From the NCBI GenBank assembly GCA_964016885.1, contig OZ024743.1, positions 292,578,001 through 292,642,000 of the forward strand: a stretch of DNA of 64,000 nucleotides. Direction: 5' to 3'. This document shows positions 31,071 through 45,954 of the stretch, in pieces. Within the stretch, counting starts at the first letter, position 1; every line of letters starts with the position of its first letter. The notes beneath the pieces were generated by a model. That model had not been told where the DNA came from and did no database searches. It saw only the letters and a program-made list of their open reading frames with translations. A program made the translations under genes and the position numbers. The DNA is from Eledone cirrhosa (Eukaryota).

Positions 31071-31762
31071 CTAGTGTCGAAGGGGAAGGCATATGAATTT
31101 ATATCATATTTAATGATAGTGGTGTTAAACCGAATGACCAATTATATCTACCCCAAAGTAGGCCACCGACGTATTTGAACACAGAACATATATAGCCGAT
31201 GACTTAACAATTCTACCAATCTACCACCTTCACTGAATATATCCTTAAACTGGCGATGTCCTCGGAATCATTGTAACGGATTGAACTCTGCAAAATACCT
31301 ACAATGACCAGATGGGGTAATTTAAAAGCGGGCGATATGTTTACTATCTAAATAGGCCACGGTGATGGGATATGAATACGGAACGCAACAGCTGGAACAA
31401 ATAGGGCAAAGTGACTTCTCGGAAGCTCTAACAATTTCGCTATTCCACTACACTAGAACAGAAATTTATCCTCAAACTGGAGACCTATTTCGAAAGCTCG
31501 CTATAGAGGAAACTCCACTAAAGGCGCCAAAGGGACACGTCATATTGTGAAACCAGATTGGTATTATAATCATAAGTTTCTAGGTACAATTTTTAGACCG
31601 GGTGGTTTGTTGTGTGCCTCATGAAGTCATTTCTTTTCAGGTTGCGACGGAATAGCATTTTCCTCGGGGCGAAATTAGGATCCTCTACTACAAATCACTA
31701 AATGTCCACAAAACCGGGATAAGTTTTCGACGTTAATTTATTCGTCTAACACTCTCGTCTAA

Positions 31763-32031
31763 CGATCGACTGTCAGGAAGGTATACGGTGCTGATGACAG
31801 CTAATAAGCTAGAAACTAGTAAATCGTTCCTTTGTCAGTGTTGAACAAAAGGGCAACGATGGTTGCCGAACACTGTACGGCTTAATTCAGGCTGTTTGTT
31901 TACAAAAAATCCGAACATTATAATAAATTTTCGGTAAACGCATACGTACATATATATGTCTGCATGTATGTATGTATGTATACATACCACTGTACGTCTG
32001 TATACATATATGTATGTACGTATACATACTA

Positions 32032-32035
<4 letters not shown>
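31763..32035 (+). mobile_element. Third, partial copy of the 425-bp HHR family
   Basis: Homologous to 18060-18330 and ends in (TA)n. Confidence 0.8.
31785..31827 (+). ncRNA. Type I hammerhead ribozyme (425-bp family)
   Basis: acggtg-CTGATGA-c-agct aata agct-a-GAAA-ctag-TA^-aatcgt. Confidence 0.8.
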
Positions 32036-32109
<74 letters not shown>

Positions 32110-32120
32110 GTATACATACT

Positions 32121-32161
<41 letters not shown>

Positions 32162-32208
32162 GTATAATACTTATATATACATATATATATATACATATAT
32201 ATATATAC

Positions 32209-32321
<113 letters not shown>

Positions 32322-32740
32322 GCGAGAATCGCATTTAGGCGGGTAGATAAAGCGAGACGAAACGCAAAATCAGAGTTATGCTGGCAAGCGCTCCATAGTT
32401 AAAAAACCAGAGCTAATATGTTAAAACGCCATACAAAACTGAAAAAGTGGTCAAGAAGGCATTAACCACCTAAGCCAAAAAACAAGTCAAGCTAAACAGG
32501 TCAAACAAAATAAATGATAAAATCATATATATATATACATATAGACATATATAACCGACCTGACGTTATCAACATGTATTTTGCGCTGCGCCAACTTTGT
32601 GAATGACTCAGGGCTTTGTAAAAGCACATCCGTAACACACAAGGGAAAAAACCCGAGATTTTGGCAAATGAATTGAGTATGTGTAAATCATGCAACAAAT
32701 TGCATAAATAGCACAAATCGAATAAGCACTCAACCGGGTA

Positions 32741-32787
<47 letters not shown>

Positions 32788-32834
32788 CATATATAAATAT
32801 ATATATATACATATATATATATATACATATATGA

Positions 32835-33228
<394 letters not shown>

Positions 33229-33282
33229 GTATATATATATATATACACAGATATATATACACATATATATACACATATATAT

Positions 33283-33323
<41 letters not shown>

Positions 33324-33453
33324 TACACATATATATATATGTGTATATATATGTGTATATATATGTATATATATGTATATATATGTGTATATATATGTGT
33401 CTAGTAGACAACTGATGACGGATATTCCTAACTTCTATTTCTAATTCTTCATT

Positions 33454-33536
<83 letters not shown>

Positions 33537-33537
<1 letters not shown>

Positions 33538-35645
33538 CAAATGAATTGTGGTAAGGAACCAGATGGACCATAACGCACCAGAGTACTCAATACTTAGCGT
33601 AGTAGAGTGGGAAATAGGAAAAAGTATGACCCCGACGGCAGAGCTCAAGCCGCTTCGACGGCTATTTCTGGACTAAATTAGAATGTTTAGCCTGGTGAAT
33701 AAATAGCCGAACTTTTCAAGGGGGTACTTCCTTTTATGGGAAGATTGTAGTTGTCAAGAGGATTGGTTAAAATTTGTTGTAAACACAAATATGTCTATCA
33801 AGGCATTTGGTGGGAGGTAGGGGGAGGGGGCTGAACTTGCCTGTAGAACAATAGGGGAGTGACAGGATCGTTCAAGCGTTGAAAGTGATATGTATACAGC
33901 AGATTCTGAGGATAGAGTATGAAGTGGAGGAGGGACGTTATAGAATATGTAAATCGAATGAGAGTAGGAGACAATAAAAGATAATAGAAAGAAAAAAAAA
34001 ATATATAAAATTAGATAGTGAGAAATGAATTAAAAAAATCACAATGCTATCTTACAATTACAGGTTAAATAATTGAGAATAGAAAAAAACTTGTAGAAAA
34101 TGAGTAGTAGCAGAACTAATACAGAATTAAAAGTGTTTAACACATCTGCTATAAGTAGTTAGTAAAACGTATTCGGCCAATTCTATCTTAAGATTACAGG
34201 GGTGGGGGAACTGATGCTACAGAGGCCCGATGGGCTGCATCGGAGTAGACGAAGGGGAAAAGCAGACGAGGAAGAAAATAGGGTGTGGAAGGAAGTGATA
34301 GGATGAGACAGGGGGAAGAAGAAGACAAAGAGGAAAAGAAAAGAAAGGAGATACATCTACCTAAGTAAGCTGGGGTTTCCTCTAACTTATTTGGCAAGTA
34401 GGGGGGTATCAGCCCTTGTCTACCCACCCGGGTCGTTATGAGGTTTGAGGGCGAGTTAAGTCCTACGCAATCTGTGTTTGCATGCGGTTACCAGTTCGTC
34501 TTTCTTGTTTAGGAGTTGGTCCTTCGAAAACAGCATTTGTAATGTTTCCTCTGAGCATAAGTTACACGGACGGCGTCCTCCCGTGTAAGAGGTAGCTTTG
34601 GACAGTAAGCTCCAAGTGAGATTGTAGGTTATATTATTACCTTGGAGGTCCCATATGTGGCCCGAAAGTATTGTGGCTGGTCGCCGGACCGGGTTTCGGA
34701 AAGTATGTCAGAGTTGGTAGAGCCGGGTCTTGAAATCACACGCGGTTAATCCTTTATAAGCTTTGTTGGATGTGTCCGTCCTCACGCTGCACTGGTAGAT
34801 CACGTTACGTTCTCGGCATTTGTTGTTGAGGAGGCACGTAGATCTATCAGGGCAGTTACACTTCCTGGCCGGCTCTCCACTGATGTCTAGGTTATTTATT
34901 CCATAGGGGTTGAGTTTTTTTTGTTTGAGGAGGCGATGTTTTGTGCGAAGTTAGGTGTGGTGCTGTAGGAGAGTTTGGTGGTGTTTTTGTTGATTATGTT
35001 GTGGTAGCGGTGTTGTAGTGGGAAGTGTTTTTCGAGGAGTCTAAAGAAGATTTTCCCGATAGGTGTTGCCACCTCGGCATTATGGGGAGGATTGAACCAC
35101 GTTACGTTGCATGAGAGGCGGTGTCGCCTGCTTGATCTGCTAAGGGAAGCTGAATAAAAGGATATTTCCTCCCGGAAGCCACTCCGCTTGAGGGCCTGGT
35201 TGTAATGAGGCGGGTCTTCGTCGAATATCTGCTCATTAGCGGACAAACGAGATATGCGGAGGGAGATGTTTTTAACCAGGTTATTGGTGATGTTTCTCAG
35301 ATGGTTAGAGCGGCGGTGGATGTAGTGCAGGTTGTCGTTTGGTTTCCTGTATGGGTAGTACAGATCATTTTCGAGGTTAAGGGTAACGTCCAGGAAATTG
35401 ACTCGGGTTAGGGACGTTTGTAGGGTGATTTTAAATCACCAGTCCCGGAAGAAGTTGATTAGTTGTTTACGGACGCGGTCTGTACTACTGGGGTTGTATC
35501 CTTAGATAACTACAATCTTCCCATATGAGGAAATACCCCCTTGAAAAATTCGGCTATTTATTCACCAGGCTAAAAATTCTAATTTAGTCCAGAAATAGCC
35601 GTCGAAACGGCTTGAGCTCTGCCGTCGGGGTCATACTTTTTCCTA
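33537..35645 (-). mobile_element. 5'-truncated Naiad-like Penelope element with inverted pLTR at its 5' end (35505-35645)
   Basis: VNFLDVTLNL..YYPYRKPND..YIH..SNH, VTWFNPP, CNCPDRSTCLLNNKC, VIYQC..YKGLT, CNLCSEE, CKH. 35505-35645 is the reverse complement of ~33615-33755. Confidence 0.9.
35535..35631 (+). ncRNA. Hammerhead-like motif with variant core (inverted copy ~33629-33726)
   Basis: acccc-cttgaaaaatt-cggctattt...aaatagccg-tc-GAAA-cggc..gccg-TC^-ggggt: all three stems are present, but the CTGANGA box is altered. Confidence 0.6.
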
Positions 35646-35846
35646 TATATATATATATAAATGAAAAATAGAACGAGAAACGGGACTGTCCATGATCAGT
35701 GATCTTCTGACTATCATCTATATTTCTTCGCATTAAAGACCAGATACCTCAAAATCAGTGCGAGCAATAACTAAAATAAGTTATTGGGACAGAGCGAACT
35801 GGGTGGAGAAAGAGGGACAGACGGTAAACAAACAAAAGTAGTATAT

Positions 35847-35920
<74 letters not shown>

Positions 35921-36639
35921 GTTTCTATGTATATGCAAATATATTGTTTTGTTATTCATATGAGTTAATAAATAGTATATAGGCTTGCGTGTATACTTAT
36001 ATGGTACCATATCTGTATTTCAGTGCATTTATATATCCACGTGTGTTTGAACGTGTATGGTATATGTGCGAGCATGAGAGAATTCTAGAGGGGGAGAAGG
36101 CTGACCATGCCTGTATGCGCGTGTTTATGATGTCTTGAATAATTTCGAGAGAGAGAGAGAGAAAGAGAAATGGCCTTTGCTATAATAATCATTACAATAA
36201 AGAGATCTTTTGTTGCATTCTAACGTCAAAAGCTGGACATATGCCAGTCAGTTTATTGTGAAAACCAGCCATATTATGAAACTGTATTCAACTCTAGGCT
36301 TTCATCATTGTATTAATCTTCAATGAATGGGAAATATATAGAACTCTCTTTGTTTACCATATCGCTGCTTCATAATCGTACTTTATATAATTCGACAGAG
36401 ATTTCTCAAGCGCATATCACCACCCATATTCTATATTATCAGTGTAATCATAAGATTCTTTTAAACTAAACAAAACATGTTTTATATATATTTAAAAGCA
36501 GAACAAAAATAAAAAGAAACATCTTGATCACCTGCAATCAGATGTAAACTGTTTATACTACTACTACTACTACTACAACTACTACTACTACTGGTGTTGT
36601 TACTACTACTGGTACTGCTACTACTTCTACTACTAATAA

Positions 36640-36830
36640 TAATTGTTTCTACTTTTGGCACAAGGCCAGCAATTACCCAATGCATTACTGGTACTATATT
36701 CTATCGACCCCGGAAGGATGAAAGGCAAAGTTAACCTCGGCAGGATTTCAACTCAGATTATACAGGGAGGTAACTCTATGCTTCAAAGCATGGCATCCGA
36801 TGCTCTACCGATACTGCCAATCCACCGCCT
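36640..36830 (-). mobile_element. tRNA-type SINE
   Basis: Homologous to 42770-42930 and 21890-22070, with an (AAT)/(ACT) tail. Confidence 0.7.
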
Positions 36831-36861
36831 TCTACTACCGACTTCTACTACTAATAATAAT

Positions 36862-39800
36862 GATTTCATTTTTGGCCACAAGGGCCGACATATAGGGGAC
36901 AATACAAAAGACTAGGACAGTGGGGTTTTACAGAAAAATCGAGTAAACAATATGAATAATAACAAAGTAACAATAAAATTACAACAAGAAAAAATTCCCC
37001 AATATGGGGGATGACCACCCAGGGTTCGCTCAGGTACCCCACCAATCCTGAACGACCCGACGCTTCGAGAGCACCCTGGAAGGGCACCCCTCTCCTCCTC
37101 AAATTTACGAACCTACAGCCGATAGACCAGAGTAGGCCCACTCACACCAGCAATTCTCGCCACATTCACCTACCTTTCAGCAAATGTACTGGGAGGCAGC
37201 ACTTCTCTCTCCACCCTCACCTTCCTTTCCAAATGAAACTTGAAAAAGTTGATGAGGGATTGGCCGAAGAGAAAAGACTCTGTCTTCAGTCCTTTCAACT
37301 TCGTCCACTATACAACCTCTTTCGCTACTGCCTCCAGACAGAGGAAAATTGCCTGCCCTTCCTGGCCAAAAGAAGGTGGCGGCGCGGACTCGTCCGATAG
37401 CCAGATCCGTTCTACACGCGACAACAGCTGTTCAACATAACTCCACAAGTAAGTAATGCACGGACACTGGACGAGTGCGTGCAGAACGTTTTCGTCCTCT
37501 GTGCGCATCTCGGGCAGGTCCGTCTGACAGCACTTCCGTGCCTGTAGAGTTTATCTCGAACCGGCAGTGCCCCCGGGTAGCACTGCCAAGCGAGGGATTT
37601 TTGGAAATTATCCATCGTCCCCGGCTCGAAAGTCCTCCGGTACAGACTGGTTAGTTCGACTTCGTTGACTCCCAGAGCCTCTCCGAGTGCGTCGTCGCAC
37701 TTGCCCACCACTAATCCTCTATAGAACTCGAGAGTGGAAGTTCCACTGACCGCATTGTCCGCCTGGCAGAGGGCAGTGAGTGCCTGGCAACATTCCAGAT
37801 GCCAGTCACCCAGTCTCGGTCTCTTCTTGACCCAGGACTGCAGCTCAGTCAAAGAAACGAGCTGCGGAAAGGCCCGTCTGACAAACGGCGACCACACATG
37901 TTCAACGTTTAGGCAGAATATCTGGAGATGCCGCAGCCTCAGCGTGTTCCTGTGCATCATTAGCCACGGCATGCCCAGCCCTCCACATAGAGGGAGCTGG
38001 CAGCAGATGGACCGCCTCACCAGCGGAACCTGACCCTTCCACAAGAATTTGAAGAGGAGCCGTTCCAAGATGGCGAGGCACGAACGGGACGAGGGTGCGA
38101 CCTTTCAGTGATAGCTTCATCCCAGCCCATTTCTGGGTGAGACTGGCTACCCTTCCCGTCACCTCGTCCCAATTCTTATCCACCTGGAGGTCTGGCCCGA
38201 ACCAAACCCCGAGCAACTTTACCGGTCCGTCCGTCAAGCACCTAACGACGCTGTTGGACGTCATGGCCTTGCCTCTCCATGTGCCGAGTTGCAAGCCCAC
38301 CGACTTTTCCGGGTTAAGTTTTGCTCCCGTCAACCTTTCATATTCCTCCAATAAGTTTCCGACTACCTCGATTTCTGAGGTGTCCGACACCATCACGGTG
38401 ATGTCGTCCGCATAAGCCGACACAGCCTTTCCGCGTCCCGGTTCGAGCGGGATGCCCTGCAACAGCTCCAGCTTCCGCAGTAGAGGCTCGAGAGTCCCTT
38501 GACGGACCGATCGGGAAACCTGAAACGGTTCCGAGAGATAGCCATTAATTTTGACCACCGAGCAGGTGCCACTGTGCTATGCAGCGATCCAGCTTCTGAA
38601 GACGCAGCCGAAGCCAGCCGCCTTGAGGAAAGCCTCCAGGTACCGATGGTCGACCGTATCGAATGCTTTCGATTGATGTAAATTGATCAGAGCCCCACCG
38701 AAGCATGATGTATCGCATTAGGTGGAGGTTATCATGTATGGACCTGGTTGGGATTGCGCAAGTTTGCGCCTCCCCAACCAAATCCCGAGATCCAGGCCTT
38801 TCCTAAACATCATTGCCACCCCGCCTCCCATTCTCGGCCGGCTAACAGATGCAAAGATCTGATAGTCGTCGAAAATGGGGGCTAGTGCGCACGTGTCGGA
38901 AATCCTGGTCTCGCTGACGGCAATTACATGCATTTCTAGAGACCTGAGGTCGTTGAGCAGGTGTCCCTGCTTCCAGTACGATCCCAGGCCTCGAACATTT
39001 AAACTTCCTACTCTTAATACGGCCATGTTGGCAGGTTAAAAGAGAGAGAGAGAGAGGAAAGGTTTACTTACCTTCCGGGCTCTTGTGAAGGTCGGGTTGT
39101 TCGACCTCCACAGTTGGTGGGGTTTCTTTTCGGAACCTCTTTAAAAGTCTTGAAGTGGGTTTTACGTTCGGGGTTCCCACGTCCCGAGGAAAGCTGTCTC
39201 GTATCTATTTGTATAAATCGAGCGACATTCGCACCATAAACAAATCTTCCGGCACGCGAAATGTGCTCGATTTAAAAATGTCCCCCTCTTTTTGTATATT
39301 TTCACTTCGTGCTACGAGGGCCATCAGTTCCTTGTTTGCCCTCCTGAAGAGCACGAAGTTTTGTATGTTTTGTTGGTGTGATTTTATTTGTTTGCGTGAC
39401 TGTAGTGGTGATGGTTTTGGTGGTGTTGTTTCGGTTGTGTCTGTGTTTGTTGTGAGTGCGGTGTCTGTGGTTTCAGATGTTTGTGTGTGTATTTGTTCTT
39501 GCGTCTGTTTAGGTTGTTTGCGTTTGGGGGATTCTGGTGATGGTGATGGTGGTGTTGATGTTGGTGTTATTGGAGAGATGTTTGCGTGGGTAGTGTCTGC
39601 ATTTTTTATTGTGGGTGATTTTGTGCTTTGTTGATTTTTTTTTTCCTTTTTCTGTTTCCTTTTTTGTATTTTGGGTGATTTTGGTTTTCCCTAATCTTCA
39701 CTACTGGTAGATAAGGGGTCTGTGTCTGTAAGTGTGTCTGTGTGTGTGTTTATGTTTTTATTGGTGTGTGTATTTTTGGGGGGAGGGGGAATTTGACAAC

Positions 39801-41222
39801 TTTCCTCGTTTCTCCCCTGGGTGGTCAATGTTGGTGGTGATCTTTCTAATGGTGATTTTGTTGTTGGTTTAGCCGGTGCTGGTGTTGTTTGTGGTCCTCG
39901 CCTCGGCGTCGACAACAGTGGAGCCTTTCGACCTCTTGCATCTTTCAGCAGTTGGGGGCAGAAGGCTGACATATGGGTTTTTCCCCGCAAAAAAAGCAAT
40001 CGGCCTTTTGCCCTCGGTCATAATATGAATGACCGTCCCATTCTGAAGGCGGATGTGGTCCGAGATTATCTTCACATTCTCGGGCCTTATCTGGAGAAGG
40101 ATCTCAAGGTCAACCCCGGAAAGTCCTCTCTGGCCGTTCTGGTCACTTCTATCGGGATGGTATCCGTCCCCTCCACAACCACACATCCCAGAAGCCACCA
40201 CATGTCAAGTCCTGGTGGGATTCTGGGAATGCGGAGACGGGCTGTTCTTTTTCCCATGTGGGAGGGGTAGATTATGACCTTGCTGGTTTTGCAAGGAGTC
40301 ACAGCGTGTTTCATAGCGAGGGCTTCTGACACCGAAATGGTGCCGTACTGTCTGCATCTCGCTATGTATTAGGTGTCTTCTCTGATGCACCTCAGCGCGA
40401 CTTCGATATCTACTTGTGGAATTAAAGCTGCCCTTTTGGTTTGTGCTGAGATACATCTATAATGCACCGTTCTGCACTCCACTGCTTCAATAGCTTCTAC
40501 CGGGACAGTTAAGTTGGCCCAGGTTTGCTTTTGCTTGATGAGCTTCCAAGCCTGGGCCAACTTTTCATCTTTGTTTGAGAGGTTTATGTTGAAGCATGGC
40601 CTCTCTTTGGCTGCTGTCGCAGCGAAAGTGTTCTTCTTGTTGTCGTTGGGGGTGTTGTTGTTGTTGTTGTTGTCGTTGTCCTTTTGGTGCCGCGGTTGTT
40701 CTCGGTGCTGTTGGTATTGTTGCCATTGGTGTTGTCGCTATTTGTTTTCATGTTAGTGGTGTTGATATTATTGTTGCATTTGTTGTCATTTTTTCTGTTG
40801 TCTGTATTTTCGGTTTCGCTGTTACTGTTGTGATTGGTGTGGTCATTTTTTTCAAAAGTAGTGTTCTCCGTGTTGTTGTCATTGCTGTCTTTGTTCACGT
40901 TGTTTGTGGTGGTGTTTGTTGTATCAATTTCTGTAAATTTCGCCGTAACGCTCCTCTCAACTTTTACGTCGTTGTCACACGACATCAGACATTGCTGGGG
41001 GGCGTGGCTCAGCCATGTTTTTTTTTTTTTTCAATAATTTTTTAAAATGTAAAAAGGTTCAAATATTTGGGCCAAAAGCCCAAATATTATACTTTCCCCT
41101 ACAGATGGTCAAGTCCAAGGGCTTATATCCCTTACACAAGAACAAACATTCAACAATAAATAAGTTTTGACAGGTAAATAAATAGACTTACGAGAGCGAG
41201 CAAAAAGACCTCCGTTCAGACC
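36862..41222 (-). mobile_element. L1/Tx1-like LINE with ORF1 and internally deleted ORF2
   Basis: ORF1 remnants at ~39200-40985 (T/N-rich N-terminus, TEGKRP followed by a frameshifted CCHC-like knuckle). ORF2 starts at 39026 (GSLNVRGL, VSETR), jumps to RT (RSIHDNLHL, KAFD.VDH, SVRQG, AYADDIT, LLGVWF) and ends with LPVRDKL..CPRC..LHALVQC. Confidence 0.9.
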
Positions 41223-41261
41223 AATAACAATAATAATAAATATAATACTAATAATAATAAT

Positions 41262-42758
41262 GAGGGCATAGGGCATGCAAGTATGAAAGAGAGGATAAGG
41301 AAAGAATGTTACTGGAGAATACGTGGAGTTTTGAGATCAGAACTAAACGCTCGTAACAAGGTGATAGCCATAAATTCCTTGGCAGTCCCAGTTGTCACTT
41401 ATAGCTTCGGTGTGTTGAACCGGAATATGAGTGAAATCAAAAGGATCGACACCAAAGTCCGTAAGCTACTGCCCTGTAATAGGATGCACCACCCAAAAGC
41501 AGATGTGGATCGTCTTTACCTTCCTAAAACTCAAGGAGGCCGTGGCCTGATCCAATTTGAACTTGTTTACAAGACCACCATCATTGGACTGGCCAAATAC
41601 CTTGAAACAACTAACGACTGTATGCTGAAACTTGTTGAAAAGCATGAAAGAAGTAAGAAGCATCATTCTATCTTGAAGGAGAACAAAAAATATACTACTG
41701 ATCTCATGCTTGATACCCAGGCTGGACAGACCAAAGAAAATGTTGCAACTGATGCTGCTAGGCACATAAAATCACTGGCAAAAGCAAAAGTGCAAGGACA
41801 ATTAGCATCAAATTGGGAGCAGAAACATTTGCATGGCAAATATGTGGCCCGTAGTAAAGAAGCTAATGTTGACCAAAAGCACACCCATCAGTGGCTACGT
41901 GGTTCAGGTCTAAAGGCGGAGAGTGAAGGCTTCATCTTAGCCGCCCAAGATCAAAGCTTATTGACTCGTAATTACCATGTGATGAGAAACGGAATAAACC
42001 CAAAGTGTCGATTCTGCAATGCTGGGGTTGAAACAGTGGATCACTTAGTCTCTGGATGTAAAGTTTTAGCACCAGTAGAATACAAATATAAACATGACAG
42101 AGTTGGCTAATATCTACACTGGGTAATATGTCGGCATTACAAAATCAAAGCTTAAGACAAGTTGTACAATCATCACCCTGAGGCTGTAACTGAAGGAGAA
42201 AAAGTAACAATTCTCTGGGACATTCCTGAAGATACTGACAGGACCATCAAAGCAAATAGACCTGATATTGTAAAAGATCAACCTGACAAGGTCTGTTTAT
42301 TGATAGATATGAGCATCCCATGTGATCACAATATCGCGGCAAAAGAATTTGACAAGCTACGAAAATATAAAGATCTGCTTATTGAAATTGAGAAAATGTG
42401 GCTTCTCAAGTCCGTTACAATACCAGTGATTGTGGGAGGACTGGGAATAATCAAGAAAGGAACAGAACAATATTTGCGAATGATTCCTGGTTTACCCTCT
42501 CTGCACGAGGTGCAAAAAATTGTTTTGACTGGTACTGCACACGTATTGAGAAGAGCACTATCCCTCCTTCTATTTACATATGCATATGCATATGTGTATA
42601 TATGTATACTGTTTTTTTTTTTGTTTTTTTAGTTTTTTAATTATAATCAATGTGCTGTATTAACTGGCTTACTATGCACACTGTGAATTTATTTGCCCTG
42701 GGTGTCAGGAAGACACTCGGCATATATCTCAGAAACAATAATGAAAGAAAATAAAACC
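41262..42758 (+). mobile_element. R4/Dong-like RLE retrotransposon, 3' fragment in (TAA)n
   Basis: HHPKADVDRLYLP..GGRGL, LHGKY, ILAAQDQSL, CRFC..ETVDHLVSGC, RPDIV..LIDMSIP..K..KYKDL. AAT repeats on both flanks. Confidence 0.92.
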
Positions 42759-42769
42759 AATAATAATAA

Positions 42770-42930
42770 TTGTTTCTACTTTTGGCACAAAGTCAGCAAT
42801 TATCCCAGGGTATTACTGGTACTTTATTTTATCGACCCCATAAGGATGAAAGGCAAAGTTAACCTCGGCGGGATTTGAACACAGATCATAAAGGGCCGTA
42901 ACTCTTTGCTGCCAATACTGCCAATCCACT
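42770..42930 (-). mobile_element. tRNA-type SINE (shorter copy)
   Basis: Shares ttatcgacccc..ggatgaaaggcaaagttaacctcggc with 36640-36830. Confidence 0.7.
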
Positions 42931-45900
42931 AATAATATTACAACTACTTCTACTAATGATGATGAAGATGAGGATGGTGGATGGGGGTTTAGTAATGGTG
43001 GTGGTGGTGATGGTTGTGGTAATAATGGTGATATTGATGGTGGTGGTTTCTTGTAATATACACTGAGGACAATTTATACAATCTTTAGTTCATACATACA
43101 ATCAAGAAACGGTAAATAGGACTTACAAAGACCCGTGGAATGTGATGAACACATTATATATACAAAAAGAAAATAAACAACAAACGGAGCAAATGATATT
43201 GTACAACAAATGTGAGGACTATAGTTAAGTTGTAGTTATGCATAATAGTTTTTTAAAGATCTAAATTTAAACAGGAGCTATATATTTAATTGAGTTAAAC
43301 AAGCCACCCTATTTTCTGATTAACTACCTTCATCCATGTTACTTGCTCAAAAGTCCAGATTCCACCGTTAGGAGTTCTTAGGTCAATGGGAAGTGGCCCA
43401 ACGAGTCATTGGGCAACATGGTTCATAAACATTAGTACTACAGTTAAACACTATACGGTTATTTTCTTTGTTGTTGTCTATGTTTTTGTATTTGTATTGC
43501 TTCTCACCATATTCCAGTTTTGCTGATTCTCATTCGCGCCAGTCACCAATCTGCTACTTTCACAGTTCCAGGAAGGCAAGGCTTTTTTAGAGGCGGCCAT
43601 TCCTCTCCTCGTCATAGATCCATTACTGGGTTGTGAGAGTTTTCTTGGGAGCTAACACTGTCATCCATTTCTCCACCACTCTTAGTTTACCGCGGATGGT
43701 CAGGGGTTGTTTATTTGTCTAGTAGGTACCTGCTTATATCACAATTTACCATCAAATATGATGTCTGTATCGCTATCCGCCACTTTGATTCCATTTATTT
43801 ACCAATCGCTATTTTATTTCATTTGTTAGATTTACAAATAATTTTGAAATCCAAATCAAAGGATGGGCTCTGCCGAGAGGGAAATGGACTCGCTTTTATA
43901 GGAGATATATTTCTCTTCATCGGAGAAAGTTTCATCCTCACAGGGAATCGATACCCCTTCACATGAGATGGATTCTCTCACCGGAAATGTATTTTCATGC
44001 GAAATAGGTGTGTTCTTTCTGTATTTTTTCTATGTTTTTTCTTTTACTTTTTGCAGTTTTTTTAGGGGAGCGGAGTATCTCTCGGCCTACACCAGGTCTC
44101 CATTCTCACAAGTGGTTGTGGCGGCACGTTTTCTCACCATTAATGTTAACTGGAAAGAAGAGAGAGAGGTCCTCTTACTTGACTATTAATTTATTTATTG
44201 ATCATGAAGGGGTGGAAGTCAGAGCTAGAATGGGGGTATAGTAGAAGTGGTACGTTGAAAGATTAATTGTGACACTGTGTTAAATATGTTTCTATTCATT
44301 GTTTTCAAATTTTAACTGGATAGATCTAGAAGGTGATGTCCATGGAAAACCTAACAGTCACGTATTGATGTATGCGACAACAACTTTGTACCAAAACGAC
44401 ATTAGGTAGAATGCGTTACAGTATTTATTCTGTTTTGCACTCTATTCCATCGATATCCATTTTGCCTTTCATCAATTCAGAGTCATTAAGGAAAGTACCA
44501 GTCTACTGCCCATACAGCCCGCTACCCTCTAAGTGTCACATACTGATATTCTGCTTGATCAAGGCTCGGAGTTTCGAGGTGTCTACGGTTGCTCATAGCT
44601 GACTGTATAGGCAGGTAAACCCTTAGAGAAAGTATGACTCATACCCGTTCGGCTTTGATTGTTTTAGATATTAATATAGTTAATTGCTATAAACTTAAAA
44701 ACTGCGTCATATGTCAAAATCTATCTTCGTTATATAAACCGATTACAAAAGCTTAAATACTGCTATGATGTTCTTTATTAAATATTTTCTTCGAGATAAG
44801 GGTGAGTTTTATAACCCAAAATATTCAGGATTAATTCTGTTGAATGTGATATGTGCTGTACAAAGTGATTGATTCGTTATGAGGAATGTATATATATCAA
44901 ATAAACTAGTGTTATTTAGTCCAAGGTCATCGCCGAACAAACAATGTGTGTAGAAGTGTTCCAGCCATAGTACTCCTACTTTTTTCAGACATAGTGTATG
45001 ATGGACTACATCAAGTAATGTCTATTTTCTGTAAGTAAATGGACCTCCATCAATTTTGACGATGAAGGTTTCAATTGTTTGATCAAATGAAGGCCTACTT
45101 CTGATATCAGCATGGAGGTGCTTGAATTTTTTTTACACACATGTACTCTTAATGCAACTCAGCGTGACATGGCTGGAACTTTTGAATTAGCATTTGGCGT
45201 CATTTAAATAATTTCCGTCTACCTAATTTGACTCACATGGCTTGGGTTGGCCTGAAGGTATGATAAATGATAGTTGCTCAAAATGACACGCAATGACATC
45301 GAACCGAGAACCTCATGGTTGTGAAGCAAAATTCTTCATCATTCGGCCACTCATATTTTCTTACTGAATGAAGTAAGGTATAATTTAACGGAGGTGTGGC
45401 TGCTATTTCAAATCTAGTAAACGCATAATGGATAGATTTTGCCTCGTTGGCATGTGTCAAAGAAAGTAGTGTAGCATGGTAGATGCATAACAGTGTAGAA
45501 CAGCTGTTACATAATATTAAACATGATGGCATAGTTAAAACTGAAGAAAGGATGGCACTAAGGGAATTTACAAGAAATTATCTTGAAAAAGAAAGAAAGT
45601 GTGGATAAGAAAAGATAATGCTTGGAGAGATATTAAGGTAGAGATGAATATATGGGTATAAATAACTGGTGGTTAATAAAATCAGGCAGGGATTTTTGCT
45701 GCACGTGAACAGGTTGTGAGAAGAAATCTCATAAAATTCTAAACAGACAAAACCACTAAATCTCATTTATGTAGAATGGACGGTAAAAATGGTGGATTTG
45801 ATAAGTAAATTTAGTAAAGTTTCTCAGAATGAATATAGGTGAAGGATCGATATCTCCACAGGGATAATGTCCACTTGGAATTATATAGAAAAAAATAAAA

Positions 45901-45954
45901 TTCACACGGGCATAAAGTCATAGCGGCGATTACCTGTTAAGACTTTGTGCACTC

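Noticed and set aside
33412-33432. CTGATGA-cggatattcc hammerhead-like start
   Set aside because: The GAAA box and stems I and III are missing.
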